Shown here: piece by piece, positions 53,269 to 63,462 of the stretch | How positions within the stretch are numbered: position 1 is the stretch's first letter | How the letters are laid out: each line of letters opens with the position of its first letter | Assembly: GCA_963668625.2 (NCBI GenBank) | Contig: CAXXKA010000006.1 | Location: forward strand, 768,001-832,000 | DNA length: 64,000 nucleotides | Source: an uncultured candidate division Zixibacteria bacterium | GTDB lineage: Bacteria; Zixibacteria; MSB-5A5; UBA10806; 4484-95 | Reading direction: 5' to 3' | Notes under the pieces: generated by a model | What the model saw: the letters and a program-made list of their open reading frames with translations, nothing else | Told to the model about the DNA's origin: nothing | Database searches by the model: none | Program-made: the position numbers and the translations under genes

Positions 53269-54150
53269 ATGGGGGAGGATTTGAAAGTGGCGCACCCGGA
53301 TAAAGAAAAACTTAGAGCCTACGTAGATGGCTACCTCGATAAGTTATCCACAGATGATATCATCGAGCATGTTGAGGTGTGCGAGTTCTGCGGGGAGTAT
53401 TGTGAGGAGTATCGTATGCTCTCGGATTCGATCTCAGCCGCCATGTCGATGCCGCTGCCTGAAAATGCGGTTAAATCGGCTAATAGAATTTATGAGAGTA
53501 CTTTTACAGGCAAAATTATTATGCTGAATCTCATGTCTGTAAATGATAATAGCCGCGGGATGGATTATGTTCTAGCCGCGGATGGCAATATAAAAAGCGA
53601 ACTGCCGATTCAAAATATCGCCACGCTTTTCTCCGAGGACCCTGATATCGTTCTGCAGTTGATTCGTGATCATAATAATGACTCGGATTATCTGCAGGTT
53701 ATCAGCGAAAATATCGATTTATGTTCATTCGTGATGGTACATGCTCTGGAGCTGGGCAAGGAATATATCACCGATATAAATGGCAGGGCCGCGATAGAGG
53801 ATAGGCTATCGAAAGAATATATCGATTCCAAGTGGCAGATTAGACTACCTGATTCAGTGTTTGATTTGAAGGCGCTCGAGTACGATCCAGAAAAAACAGT
53901 TTCCCGTGATATGACAGTTATCGAGAATGAAAGCGGCGATAAGATAGAGATAAATCTTCTTAAAAAAACCGTGGGCTTACAATTAGATATTCGTATTGTC
54001 GAGTTTGCTGATGGCCAAAAATACGAGGAATTAAGAATATTAGTTTCTCAAAAAGGTTCAGCTAATGTTCTCCCGATAAGCCAGGGCAAAACGGTCTCAT
54101 TTCCACTTACCTCACCGGAGGAAATAATAAGTGTCAGGATATTCGCTTAA
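53269..54150 (+). CDS. Zinc-binding anti-sigma (zf-HC2/ZAS) domain protein; true start probably GTG 53287
   Basis: H9..LRAYVDG.L..H34-x3-C38-x2-C41; no TM helix; central YVLAADG; GGAGG 8 nt before the GTG. Confidence 0.75.
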   Translation: MGEDLKVAHPDKEKLRAYVDGYLDKLSTDDIIEHVEVCEFCGEYCEEYRMLSDSISAAMSMPLPENAVKSANRIYESTFTGKIIMLNLMSVNDNSRGMDYVLAADGNIKSELPIQNIATLFSEDPDIVLQLIRDHNNDSDYLQVISENIDLCSFVMVHALELGKEYITDINGRAAIEDRLSKEYIDSKWQIRLPDSVFDLKALEYDPEKTVSRDMTVIENESGDKIEINLLKKTVGLQLDIRIVEFADGQKYEELRILVSQKGSANVLPISQGKTVSFPLTSPEEIISVRIFA

Positions 54151-56444
54151 TGGCAAAATCTCCAGTAGCATTCGCCCGGGAATATACCCGGTTACTATCA
54201 GATATAAATAATGCTCCGTATGACGAGCGCAAAATTAACCTCCTTATAGATTTCTGGCCAGTTATTGAGCCTCATATAAATTCAATAGCATATCAAAGCT
54301 ATGTTGATGAGTACTGCTCCAGACTCAGTTTCCTGGTAAGCGAGAACTCGTTATATGATTTTAATCTCGATGAGTTGCATGAATTATCGATGGTGGTAAA
54401 CGCGCTTACAGGTAATGAGCATCTCGATAAACTGAAGGCTCGTGTCGTATATTTTAAGCTGATAACCATGCTCTTCTATATTGGTGATATACAAAACGCG
54501 ATAAAGAGCTGTTACAATTTATTAGAAATTGGTGATGCTGGTATCCCCGAGGAAAGTAACCTGCAATCGGTTGATTCTTTTATGCAACTTGAAAAGCTGG
54601 TTGAGTATTATTCTGACAGTAATAAAAGACTGGGGGAGATTCTCGGCGAGATTCATGAGAGATGGAAAGCCGAGCGGGAATGTGTCAATAACGATCGCGC
54701 GGTATGCCTGTTTGTCGAGAAGGATGGTAGAGGCGATAGTATCCGCGGCAGGATGAGAATACTCAAGGGACGAGTGGAACGAAACGATACGTCTAATTCT
54801 GGTGATGTAGACACTGTCACATTCGATAATCAAGCCAGGTCGCCGGATGATCCATTCATCGGTGTTGCTTATGAGTCGTTACAAGCTGTCAGGAAAACTC
54901 TGGCCATACAAAAGTTATCAAGCAAAAAAGATATATCCTATCGGGCTTATTTTCATATTGAAAACAGCGACCATATATTCACCGGCGATTCGATCGGGGT
55001 GGCAATGGGATTAATTTCCTATACGCAGCTTATCAAGGATGATATAGCCAGGCGGGAGAGATATATTGCCAACGAGGTAGCCTTGACCGGCGGGGTAGAT
55101 AACGAGGGGAATCTATTACCGGTTAATGAGGCTACTCTCGCTTATAAATTGAAACGGGCGTTTTTCTCACCGGTGAAATACGTTCTTGTACCGGACTCCT
55201 GTCTTGTTGTCGCGCGCGAAAGCCTGGCTGAGTCAGCGAAGCTTTATCCGAACCGTCAGATGACACTGATTGGCTGTAACTCACTATATGATGTCATAAG
55301 GGATTACAACATACTCCGCGCGGAAAAAGTATGTATGAGTCGGTATATAACCAGGTATGTGGTCAAATACAGCAGGGTCACGAAGATCCAGGTGCCGCTG
55401 CTGTTGTTATTGATTTATGGTATGCTGTGTTTGATATATCCCAAGGCGTGGGTGGGATTTGATAGGAATCCCTGGTATGTCAACCAATTAAAGTCAGGTT
55501 TTGAGGTATTTAATGCTGATTCTTTACGGCTGTGGAGTATAGATTATGGGCGTGATCTCTGCTGGGTTAAGGAATTAATTGAGCTAGATGATTTAGATAA
55601 TGATAGCTATAACGAAGTGGTTGTTGTTCCCAATGAAAGCACTGCTGTGGAAGATAACGCGCATTTATTCGTATATGACAGTAATGGCAATTTGCTTTTT
55701 GAGAGAAACTGCGGTATAGAAGGCCAGTATCCTGGCGATGAGTCAATTTCCCCGCAATTTGTCAGCGCTTATTTTAATGTGTTGAATCTTGGCGATAGAA
55801 ATATCATTCTTACCAAGGCGTTCAGGTCATACCCGGCAAGGCACCATTTGAAATTATGGGATATTGATAGTGATTCTATTGGCTGGTACATAAACGCAGG
55901 AACTACCGCCTCTAAATCAGGCACCATAGTTTATGATAATAATAAATTAATGATGATTGGTGATAACAACCGAATGATGAGAGGTGCTTTGTTTGTTTTA
56001 TTAATTGACTCTTGCTATGGAGTGTCACCGCCTTACGAGGATGACTATTACGATTTAAGCTGGGTCAAAAGGGGAAATCAGCTTTGTTATATCGTATTCC
56101 CTAATACTGATATAGAGGAGTTGATAGGTTCGCCATACAACACACCGGTATCGATGACAATTGATAAAGACAATACAGTTTTGGTCGATGTTTGCTCGAA
56201 CTCATGGGAAATGAATGAACATAAAGCAGTCATTAGTTATTGGGTAGATAGTAGTTTTCGAGTAGTCGGTGCCAGTGCAAGCGATGCATTTAAAAAGCGG
56301 CGCAATGAGCTTGTTGTCGATGGCAAGCTTGAGCCGGTTGAATTGCATCAATACTGTGAGGAATTATTAGATTCGGTGCTTTATTGGACAGATTCAGGCT
56401 GGGTAAGCGAGGCTCAGCTTCGGCTTGCAGAAAATCCGCAATAG
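54150..56444 (+). CDS. Membrane-anchored Lon-type (S16) protease domain protein with extracytoplasmic FG-GAP-like beta domain
   Basis: FTGDS281IGVAMGL and VALTGGVDNEGNLLPVNEATLAYK333L (Lon Ser-Lys dyad context); TM ~415-431; DDLDNDSYNEVVV repeat; no AAA+ Walker motifs; TAATG coupling to the anti-sigma gene. Confidence 0.75.
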   Translation: MAKSPVAFAREYTRLLSDINNAPYDERKINLLIDFWPVIEPHINSIAYQSYVDEYCSRLSFLVSENSLYDFNLDELHELSMVVNALTGNEHLDKLKARVVYFKLITMLFYIGDIQNAIKSCYNLLEIGDAGIPEESNLQSVDSFMQLEKLVEYYSDSNKRLGEILGEIHERWKAERECVNNDRAVCLFVEKDGRGDSIRGRMRILKGRVERNDTSNSGDVDTVTFDNQARSPDDPFIGVAYESLQAVRKTLAIQKLSSKKDISYRAYFHIENSDHIFTGDSIGVAMGLISYTQLIKDDIARRERYIANEVALTGGVDNEGNLLPVNEATLAYKLKRAFFSPVKYVLVPDSCLVVARESLAESAKLYPNRQMTLIGCNSLYDVIRDYNILRAEKVCMSRYITRYVVKYSRVTKIQVPLLLLLIYGMLCLIYPKAWVGFDRNPWYVNQLKSGFEVFNADSLRLWSIDYGRDLCWVKELIELDDLDNDSYNEVVVVPNESTAVEDNAHLFVYDSNGNLLFERNCGIEGQYPGDESISPQFVSAYFNVLNLGDRNIILTKAFRSYPARHHLKLWDIDSDSIGWYINAGTTASKSGTIVYDNNKLMMIGDNNRMMRGALFVLLIDSCYGVSPPYEDDYYDLSWVKRGNQLCYIVFPNTDIEELIGSPYNTPVSMTIDKDNTVLVDVCSNSWEMNEHKAVISYWVDSSFRVVGASASDAFKKRRNELVVDGKLEPVELHQYCEELLDSVLYWTDSGWVSEAQLRLAENPQ

Positions 56445-56448
56445 TATT

Positions 56449-56476
56449 TTCTACAAATTTCATCTTTAGCAGCTAT
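56449..56476 (+). promoter_or_regulatory. Bipartite motif TTCTACAAAT-N10-GCAGCTAT, copy 2
   Basis: Lies 64 nt upstream of the C10 peptidase ATG. Confidence 0.7.
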
Positions 56477-56540
56477 TAGTAATATAGAGAAACAAGATAA
56501 GGTAGCTTAAATCGTGATAACTAAATTATAGGGAGATGTC

Positions 56541-59500
56541 ATGAAAAAATCAATAATTCTAACAATAGTTATATTGTTTAATTTTGCGATGCTATTCGCT
56601 GGTGAAGTTACGATAAATACCGCAATAAATGTAGCAGATAACTGGCTTTATTTCCACAGTAAAAATCTTGAAAACAGTTGGAATCAATCACAAAATCCTC
56701 TTATAGGTGATTATAAAGCTTTAGTATCGGGAAACGATACTTTAGCTTATGTATTTTTTGTTAATCCGACTGGATATATCTTAGTTGCGAAATTTAGTGA
56801 AATTGTGCCCGTTGTAGCATATTCCACTACTGAGCAATTAGAAACTAGTGGCGATTATAGTTTTGCAAGAGTATTAAAAGATGATATGCTAAAGAGAAAC
56901 AAATTAGTTGAAAATTATCTTTCTGGGAAAATCGTTCTTGATGATAGTCCCAATGGGACGCATGCTGTTGAAATAAATCGGGGGAAATGGAATTTATGGT
57001 CATTAGATGCTTATACGTTTGCAAATATTTACAATGACTACATTCCTTGCAATATCATGGATGTTGGTCCTTTGTTAGAAAGCGAATGGCATCAAAGTGA
57101 GCCATACTATGACCTATGTCCTGTTGGTAATGATGGAGGGCAATGCGTAGTTGGTTGTGTAGCAACAGCAACTGCTCAAATCATGCGGTATTGGCAATGG
57201 CCACCTTCTGGAAATGGTTCACATACATATTACTGGCGCGGTGATGGCAGTGCTCCGGGATGTAATCTCATCGGCGATTTCACCGATCCCTATAATTGGT
57301 CAAATATTCTGCTTGATTACTCTGAAGGGTATAATGATGATCAAGCTTTGGCAGTAGCTGAGTTATGCTATGAAGTGGGCGTTGGTTATGAAATGGATTA
57401 CCATGTCGGTGGTTCTGGAGCATTTACAAGCCATTGTGTTTCTGTGTTACCTGCTTATTTTAGATATGCTAATGAAATAGATCAAGAAAGCAGACCTGAC
57501 CATACAGCCGAAAGTTGGTTTAACATGATCAAAGCAGAGCTTGATTTAGCGAGACCGTTACTTTATAGGATTTACCAAACAGGCTGGGGTGGTCATGCAA
57601 TTGTATGTGATGGATGGAGAAATTCCGGCGGTGAAAATCAACTACATTTTAATTATGGCTGGGCCGATGGTCATAATACTTGGTACTCGGTTGATAACCT
57701 ATATCCCGGTTCACCGGAAAATGATCGATGTTATCTCGGTATAGTCCCAGCTTTTGAGGATGATAGATCAATTACATTATTATCCCCGAACGGCGGCGAT
57801 ACCGTATTTAATGGTAGAACAGAGCATATTACATGGGAATTTGAAGGCAATGTTGGGGATACAGTTATAATAGATCTTTGGAAGGGCGGGAGTTTCCGGT
57901 GTAATCTCGATACGGCCAGAAATATAACATGGGCAAGTTGTTATATTCCGACAAACTTGCCCGAAGATTCCGACTACAAGGTAAGGATTTCTTCCCTTGA
58001 CAATTCAGTTATCGATTTGAGCGATGCGAATTTTTTAATTATTGAGCCGCTTCCCACAGAGTTAGATACAATTCGAATATCTAATGCCTCCCAACTCCAG
58101 CAGATTGGCAGTGACGACCAACATCCGCGGAACGGATACTACGTACTGATGAATGATATAGACGCTGGCGTAATTCCAAATTGGCAACCCATTGGTCAAG
58201 ATTATCAGCATTATTTTCGAGGAACCCTTGATGGTCAAGGATTTAAAGTGTACGACCTTCAAATCGATCGCCGCTCTCAATCGTATATAGGTTTATTTTC
58301 TGTACTTATGGATAATGCTGTAGTGAAGAACCTTACAGTAGCTGATGATGGAATATATGGCTGGGGATCGGTAGGAGCCCTTGCCGGTGAATGCGCGGGA
58401 ACAGTAGTTAACTGCCATGCTTATATAGATGATCTTGAAAGTAAGGGAGGCGATAATACAGGAGGTTTGATTGGCGAAATAACTAACACTGGTAGAATTA
58501 TCAATTGCTCTGTAAGTTCATTGAATGACGGTGATGTAGAAGCGGACTCAACGGACACTAGCCCTGACTATATCGGTGGTTTTGCCGGAACCAATTCTGG
58601 CCAAATCAAATGGTGCTGGTCGGATATTACCGTTGATGGAGATCGTAGTGATTGTGAGGCTGATGGAGTTAGTGGACTTGTTGGGCAAAATGTGGGCTCA
58701 ATAATAGAATGCTATGTTAATAACCCATTAGTTGATGGCCATAATCAGGTCGGAGGTATCGCTGGTTTTCATTATTCTAATGGCTCTATAAGTAATTGTC
58801 TTGATGAGGCTCGTGTAATTTCAGATTATGCCGCCGGAGGGATTGCTGGGGAGACTGGGGGAGCATCAACTATTGATTGTTGTTTGGCAAATGGTTTTGT
58901 ACAAGGAGGTTGCCCCGGAGCGCTTGTCGGCGAACACTATGCAACAGCATCCAATTCTTTTTGGAACCGTGATAGAACAGGTATTGACCAAGTTACCTGT
59001 AATGATGGAGGTACTGTCATCAATTGTCATAGTATAAACGATACAGAAGCCAAACTCCAAGCTACCTATACTTCACAATATAGTACTAATTGGGATTTTT
59101 CTAATGTTTGGGCTATTAATAACGGCGTTAGCTATCCAAGGTTGAGAGGAATAGGGCCCATGCTTCAATCCCCGACTGGACTTTTGGCTTCTCAAGATCA
59201 ATCGGACGGTGTACATTTATCATGGAGCCATAGAACTTATCTTGTTCCTAATCCGGGGGGAGATTCACTTGGTCCATACAATGCAGTTTATCGGGTTTTT
59301 CGCTCAACGATACCGAATGCAAACCCGCCTGAAACCGAATTGACATCCGGGTGGCAAACAGGCATTACATTTCTTGATGTCACTGCTCTTTCTGGAACAA
59401 GTTACTATTATTACATAAAAGCCGCAGCGACTTTCAATGGTGCCCGTGAAAGTGGGTATAGTAGCTATGTACAAGGCCAACGTATTTTTGAATCACTTTC

Positions 59501-60077
59501 TGCTCCAACCAGTGTTTATGCCAGTGATGGTCTAGATAACGAGATTTATATTCGCTGTAACAACGTTCCTAATGCCAATTATTATTGTGCTTTCAGGGCA
59601 AACTCTATAGGTGGAACAAAAACACCATTGGGAAACTGGCAGGAAACCCCATCTTTTCTAGATACGCCTCCGCTTCCTGACACAATATATTATTATTGGA
59701 TAAAGGCGGCTGTTGATAATTCCGGCGGGAGAGAGAGTGACTATGGCGGCCCTGATAGCGGTTATTATGAAGTAATGGTCGATGTCAAGGATGATGAAGA
59801 GTATCTTATTCCTGATGCTTTTTCTATCGGGCAAAATTATCCCAATCCCTTCAATGCAAGTACAATAATAGAATATGCATTACCTCAAGCCTCAGATGTC
59901 TCCATTAAAATCTATGATGTTTTGGGACGTAAGGTTAAAAACCTTGTAAATGAGTACAAACAAGCCGGTATGCACCAAGCTGTATTTAACGCTAGTGACC
60001 TCAGTTCAGGAATATATTTTTATCGAATAGAGGTTGGCAAGTTTACTGAATCTAAAAAGTTGTTGCTGGTAAAATGA
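56541..60077 (+). CDS. Secreted C10-family (streptopain/SpeB-like) cysteine peptidase with Ig, GLUG-repeat, FN3-like and YPNPFN C-terminal domains
   Basis: Signal peptide and prodomain (YVF..GYILVA..PVVAYS); WHQSEPY, VGCVATATAQIMRYW (Cys), GHAIVCDG (His), HFNYGW; LSPNGG Ig domain; VGALAG/TGGLIG/VGGIAG repeats; QNYPNPFN. Confidence 0.9.
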   Translation: MKKSIILTIVILFNFAMLFAGEVTINTAINVADNWLYFHSKNLENSWNQSQNPLIGDYKALVSGNDTLAYVFFVNPTGYILVAKFSEIVPVVAYSTTEQLETSGDYSFARVLKDDMLKRNKLVENYLSGKIVLDDSPNGTHAVEINRGKWNLWSLDAYTFANIYNDYIPCNIMDVGPLLESEWHQSEPYYDLCPVGNDGGQCVVGCVATATAQIMRYWQWPPSGNGSHTYYWRGDGSAPGCNLIGDFTDPYNWSNILLDYSEGYNDDQALAVAELCYEVGVGYEMDYHVGGSGAFTSHCVSVLPAYFRYANEIDQESRPDHTAESWFNMIKAELDLARPLLYRIYQTGWGGHAIVCDGWRNSGGENQLHFNYGWADGHNTWYSVDNLYPGSPENDRCYLGIVPAFEDDRSITLLSPNGGDTVFNGRTEHITWEFEGNVGDTVIIDLWKGGSFRCNLDTARNITWASCYIPTNLPEDSDYKVRISSLDNSVIDLSDANFLIIEPLPTELDTIRISNASQLQQIGSDDQHPRNGYYVLMNDIDAGVIPNWQPIGQDYQHYFRGTLDGQGFKVYDLQIDRRSQSYIGLFSVLMDNAVVKNLTVADDGIYGWGSVGALAGECAGTVVNCHAYIDDLESKGGDNTGGLIGEITNTGRIINCSVSSLNDGDVEADSTDTSPDYIGGFAGTNSGQIKWCWSDITVDGDRSDCEADGVSGLVGQNVGSIIECYVNNPLVDGHNQVGGIAGFHYSNGSISNCLDEARVISDYAAGGIAGETGGASTIDCCLANGFVQGGCPGALVGEHYATASNSFWNRDRTGIDQVTCNDGGTVINCHSINDTEAKLQATYTSQYSTNWDFSNVWAINNGVSYPRLRGIGPMLQSPTGLLASQDQSDGVHLSWSHRTYLVPNPGGDSLGPYNAVYRVFRSTIPNANPPETELTSGWQTGITFLDVTALSGTSYYYYIKAAATFNGARESGYSSYVQGQRIFESLSAPTSVYASDGLDNEIYIRCNNVPNANYYCAFRANSIGGTKTPLGNWQETPSFLDTPPLPDTIYYYWIKAAVDNSGGRESDYGGPDSGYYEVMVDVKDDEEYLIPDAFSIGQNYPNPFNASTIIEYALPQASDVSIKIYDVLGRKVKNLVNEYKQAGMHQAVFNASDLSSGIYFYRIEVGKFTESKKLLLVK

Positions 60078-60109
60078 TAGATAATACTTAGCACACCAAC
60101 CACAGGGGC

Positions 60110-60146
60110 AAAGCCGGGGATATCATTTCGATACCCCGGCTTTTTT
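60110..60146. terminator. Intrinsic terminator between the convergent C10 peptidase and integrase genes
   Basis: aaagccgggg..ccccggctttttt. Confidence 0.75.
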
Positions 60147-60151
60147 CATTA

Positions 60152-61042
60152 CTATAGATGATCTCCCGGTGAATATTTGCGATGGCTCATTCTCAGGCCC
60201 TCTAAATTTAACACCTGGTTGATGTAACGTTGGGTGGTGCCCAGATCGGAGTGGCCGAGGAGAATTTGCAGATGTTGGGCCGGCATCCCGGAGCGGGCGA
60301 GGAAAGTGGCCGCGCTGTGACGTAAAAGATGCGGGTTTGTTTTAGAGCCGATCTTCTTTCCGAGCCGCCCGAGGATCCTGTGAAATATGCGTTTGCCAAC
60401 CTGGTTGCCCTCTTTCGTGCAGAACAACCATTCGGATTGGTTGACGCCTCTAATCTCCAGGTATTTGAGGATCGCTAGTTTCGATTTGTGGCCAATCGGT
60501 ACGAACCTGTCTTTTTCGCCTTTGCCTATTATATGGATTGAGTTTTTCCTGTAATCAATATCCTCAAGGGTGATCGAGACAGTCTCGTTAAGACGGATAG
60601 CCGTGTCCCACATCAGGAGAATCATCGATTTTGTTCGCTGGACGTAAAACTCATCACCTTTGATAGCCTCGAGCAGCAGTTTAATCTTATGCGGCCCTAA
60701 TACCGGTTTGAGTTTTTTGGGTTCATTCATCAGGGATAAACCGCGCATGATATTCTCGCTGATATACCCCTCTTTATGGAGAAAGGTGAAAAAGGCTTTT
60801 ACCACACGTATGTAATGGTTGACACTGGCAGGCGCTAATCCCGTCTCTTTTTTCATCAGGACGAGCCTTTTGATTGCGTTACGATGGGCTTTTGATAAAT
60901 CGCCTAATTGATTTTGCATTTCATTTAGATGCCACCTGTAGTCATTAATAGTTGACCGCGAAAGACCCCGAAATTGGCAATCTTCGAGAAATAGAATAGT
61001 GGTGTCATAGGTCGCTTGATTAGTAAACATAAAGACCTCCAT
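60152..61042 (-). CDS. Tyrosine recombinase/integrase of the island (true start probably 61030)
   Basis: DTAIRLNE (R), IGKGEKDR (K), PHLLRHSAAT (HxxR), LLGHS (H), TTQRY (Y); starts about 30-40 nt from attR. Confidence 0.92.
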   Translation of the reverse strand: MEVFMFTNQATYDTTILFLEDCQFRGLSRSTINDYRWHLNEMQNQLGDLSKAHRNAIKRLVLMKKETGLAPASVNHYIRVVKAFFTFLHKEGYISENIMRGLSLMNEPKKLKPVLGPHKIKLLLEAIKGDEFYVQRTKSMILLMWDTAIRLNETVSITLEDIDYRKNSIHIIGKGEKDRFVPIGHKSKLAILKYLEIRGVNQSEWLFCTKEGNQVGKRIFHRILGRLGKKIGSKTNPHLLRHSAATFLARSGMPAQHLQILLGHSDLGTTQRYINQVLNLEGLRMSHRKYSPGDHL

Positions 61043-61069
61043 GAGGTTAGGGTTAATTATGGAGTATCT

Positions 61070-61117
61070 TGACTACGGATCAGAAGGTTGGGGGTTCAAC
61101 TCCTCCTGGGCGTAGTT
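61070..61117 (+). repeat. attR: duplicated 3' part of tRNA-Arg(ACG)
   Basis: 48/48 identity to 16383-16430. Confidence 0.95.
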
Positions 61118-61125
61118 AACTATTT

Positions 61126-61165
61126 AACGGACAATGAGTTACAGAAACTTATTGTCCGTTTTTTT
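61126..61165 (+). terminator. Intrinsic terminator following attR
   Basis: aacggacaatgagtt..aacttattgtccgtt followed by TTTTT. Confidence 0.75.
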
Positions 61166-61184
61166 ATGGCCAGAAACCATGAAA

Positions 61185-61198
61185 AGAGCGTCTGACTA
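61185..61198 (+). repeat. 14-bp copy of the tRNA-Arg segment 5' of the anticodon (att-like)
   Basis: agagcgtctgacta equals 16375-16388; directly precedes the second integrase. Confidence 0.7.
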
Positions 61199-61958
61199 TG
61201 AAATGTCATTTTAAAGAGTTAGTTAGCATTGTCGATGATGTTAATATGAAAGGGGCCTTAAAATTATTCGAATATCACATTCGAACCAAGAATCTATCCC
61301 CTAAAACAATATCTGTTTATGGCGAAAGGTTGGGGTATTTCTATCGCTTTTTGAAAAAGAATCGCTTGCCGTTTGAGTCAGTATCAAAGAGCACGATCCA
61401 GGAGTATATTTTATTCCAAAAAGACCGCGGCCTGGCAGATATCTCTATAAATGGCCAGGTAAAAGTATTGAAGATATTTTTCAAGTTCCTCTTAGAGGAA
61501 GGAATGGTAGAGGAAGACCCGGCAGAGAAGATAGATTTGCTTAAAACAGAGAAGCGGATCAAACCGATTATATCAGAAGAAGAGATAGAGAAACTGTTAT
61601 CTGTCCCTGATAAAAAGACCTATACTGGAATGAGGAATTTCTGTATGATTATTGTTTTCTATGATACGTTGGTAAGATTAAGCGAGCTTATAAATATCAA
61701 AATTAAAGATATCGACCTGGATAGCGGGACAATTCTTATCTTCGGTAAAGGACGTAAAGAACGCATTGTACCCATAGGCACCAAGACTATTAAGTATATC
61801 TACAAATTCCTAATGAATCACAGGCGTGATATAAACGGCGACTATCTGTTTTGCACAATGCAGGGAAGACCGTTAGATCATAGAAACGTGCTGAGGATTC
61901 TTCAGAGAATTGGTGATAAAGTAAATGTGCATGTTAGCCCACACTTAATTAGGCACAG
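61198..61958 (+). pseudogene. Second tyrosine integrase, truncated by an IS
   Basis: DTLVRLSE, FGKGRKER and SPHLIRHS present; the IS begins at 61959 and the LGH..Y catalytic part is missing. Confidence 0.85.
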
Positions 61959-63462
61959 TGTATCTTGTCAGAGCCTACCGTGCCATTTTGGCATTTGAGT
62001 TAAGAGATGGTTTTGGTTAGCTTAACCTGATGAAAGGAGCTGGCCATGACTAAAGACAACAATCATAATCCGGAATCTGTAGTGCGGGAGATTCGCCGTA
62101 AAACCATGAAGAAGTATTCCTCTGAGGAGAAGATTCGTATTGTTTTGGAGGGTTTGAAGGGGGAGGAAAGCATCGCCGCGATTTGCCGAAGAGAGGGTAT
62201 TGTGCCGAATCTCTACTATCGCTGGAGTAAGGATTTTTTAGAGGCAGGTAAGAAACGATTGCAGGGAGATACGGTTCGGGAGGCTAACAGCGCTGAGGTA
62301 AACGGTATAAAGCAGGAGAACGATCAGTTGAAGCAGCTGGCAGCTGAGTTGTTGCTGAAGAATCGGGTGCTCAAAAAAAGCTTGAATGGTTTGGAGTCAG
62401 GCTTGGGCGGTGTATGAGATATGCCCAAGCTGAGAAGATGGAGATAATCAGGACGGTGGAGAACTCGGAACTGAGTGTCAGGAAAACCCTCTTGGAGCTT
62501 GATATCAACCGGGGCACGTTCTACGAGTGGTACAGGCGGTATCGAGAGTATGGTTATGATGGTCTGGCCAACAGGAAGACATCGCCAAGGAAGTTCTGGA
62601 ACCGTATCCCCGATCAGGTAAAGTAGCAAGTTGTTGATATAGCTCTGGAGCATCCTGATAAGTCCCCGAGAGAGCTGGCCTGGTATATCACCGATACCCA
62701 GGAGTACTTTATCTCGGAATCGAGTGTTTACCGGACATTGAAGGCTTACGATCTGATCACCTCGCCAGCCTACATCGTTTTAAGGGCCTCGGATAAGTTC
62801 AAACATCCGACCACCGGGATAAACGAGCTCTGGCAGACTAATTTTACCTATTTCAAGATAGTCGGCTGGGGCTGGTATTACCTGTCTACGGTTATGGATG
62901 ATTATTCGAGGTATATCATCTCCTGGAAACTGTTTAGCTCGATGACTGCTGATGATGTCAAACAGACACTGGATATTGCGATTGATATCACCGGTATCGA
63001 TGCAATTCACGTTCTAAACAAACCGAGACTGCTGTCGGATAACGGTCCCTGCTATCTGGCAGCCCAACTCAAGGAGTATCTCGACAGCCATCACATGGAG
63101 CATACCCGAGGCGCTCCCTATCATTCCCAGACACAGGGCAAGATCGAGCGGTACCACCGCACCATGAAGAACCTGATCAAACTTCAACATTACTATCTGC
63201 CTGGTGAGTTGGAACATGAGATCGAGCAGTTCGTGGAGTACTACAATAATCAGAGATATCATGAATCACTGGATAATTTAACACCTGCCGATGTTTACTA
63301 TGGTAGAGATTTAGATATTTTAAGTAAGCGAGATGAGATCAAAAAGAGGACGTTAAGTCTTAGAAAACAACAAAATATGAGAAAGCAGGTTTTAGCTTGA
63401 TATTATCAAAACTGTCTCTTAGATTTTGCCTAAATCTGTCAAAAAGGTTCTGAATACGTACA
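61959..63462 (+). mobile_element. Inactive IS3/IS481-type insertion sequence (~1.5 kb)
   Basis: Ends tgtatcttgtcagagcct / (rc) tgtacgtattcagaacct; OrfA 62046-62417; OrfB 62414-63400 broken by TAG at 62624-62626 and with N in place of the first DDE Asp (LWQTNFTY); no target duplication visible. Confidence 0.85.

Noticed and set aside
16431-61069. Prophage or ICE call for the island
   Set aside because: No structural, terminase, relaxase or T4SS genes are visible.
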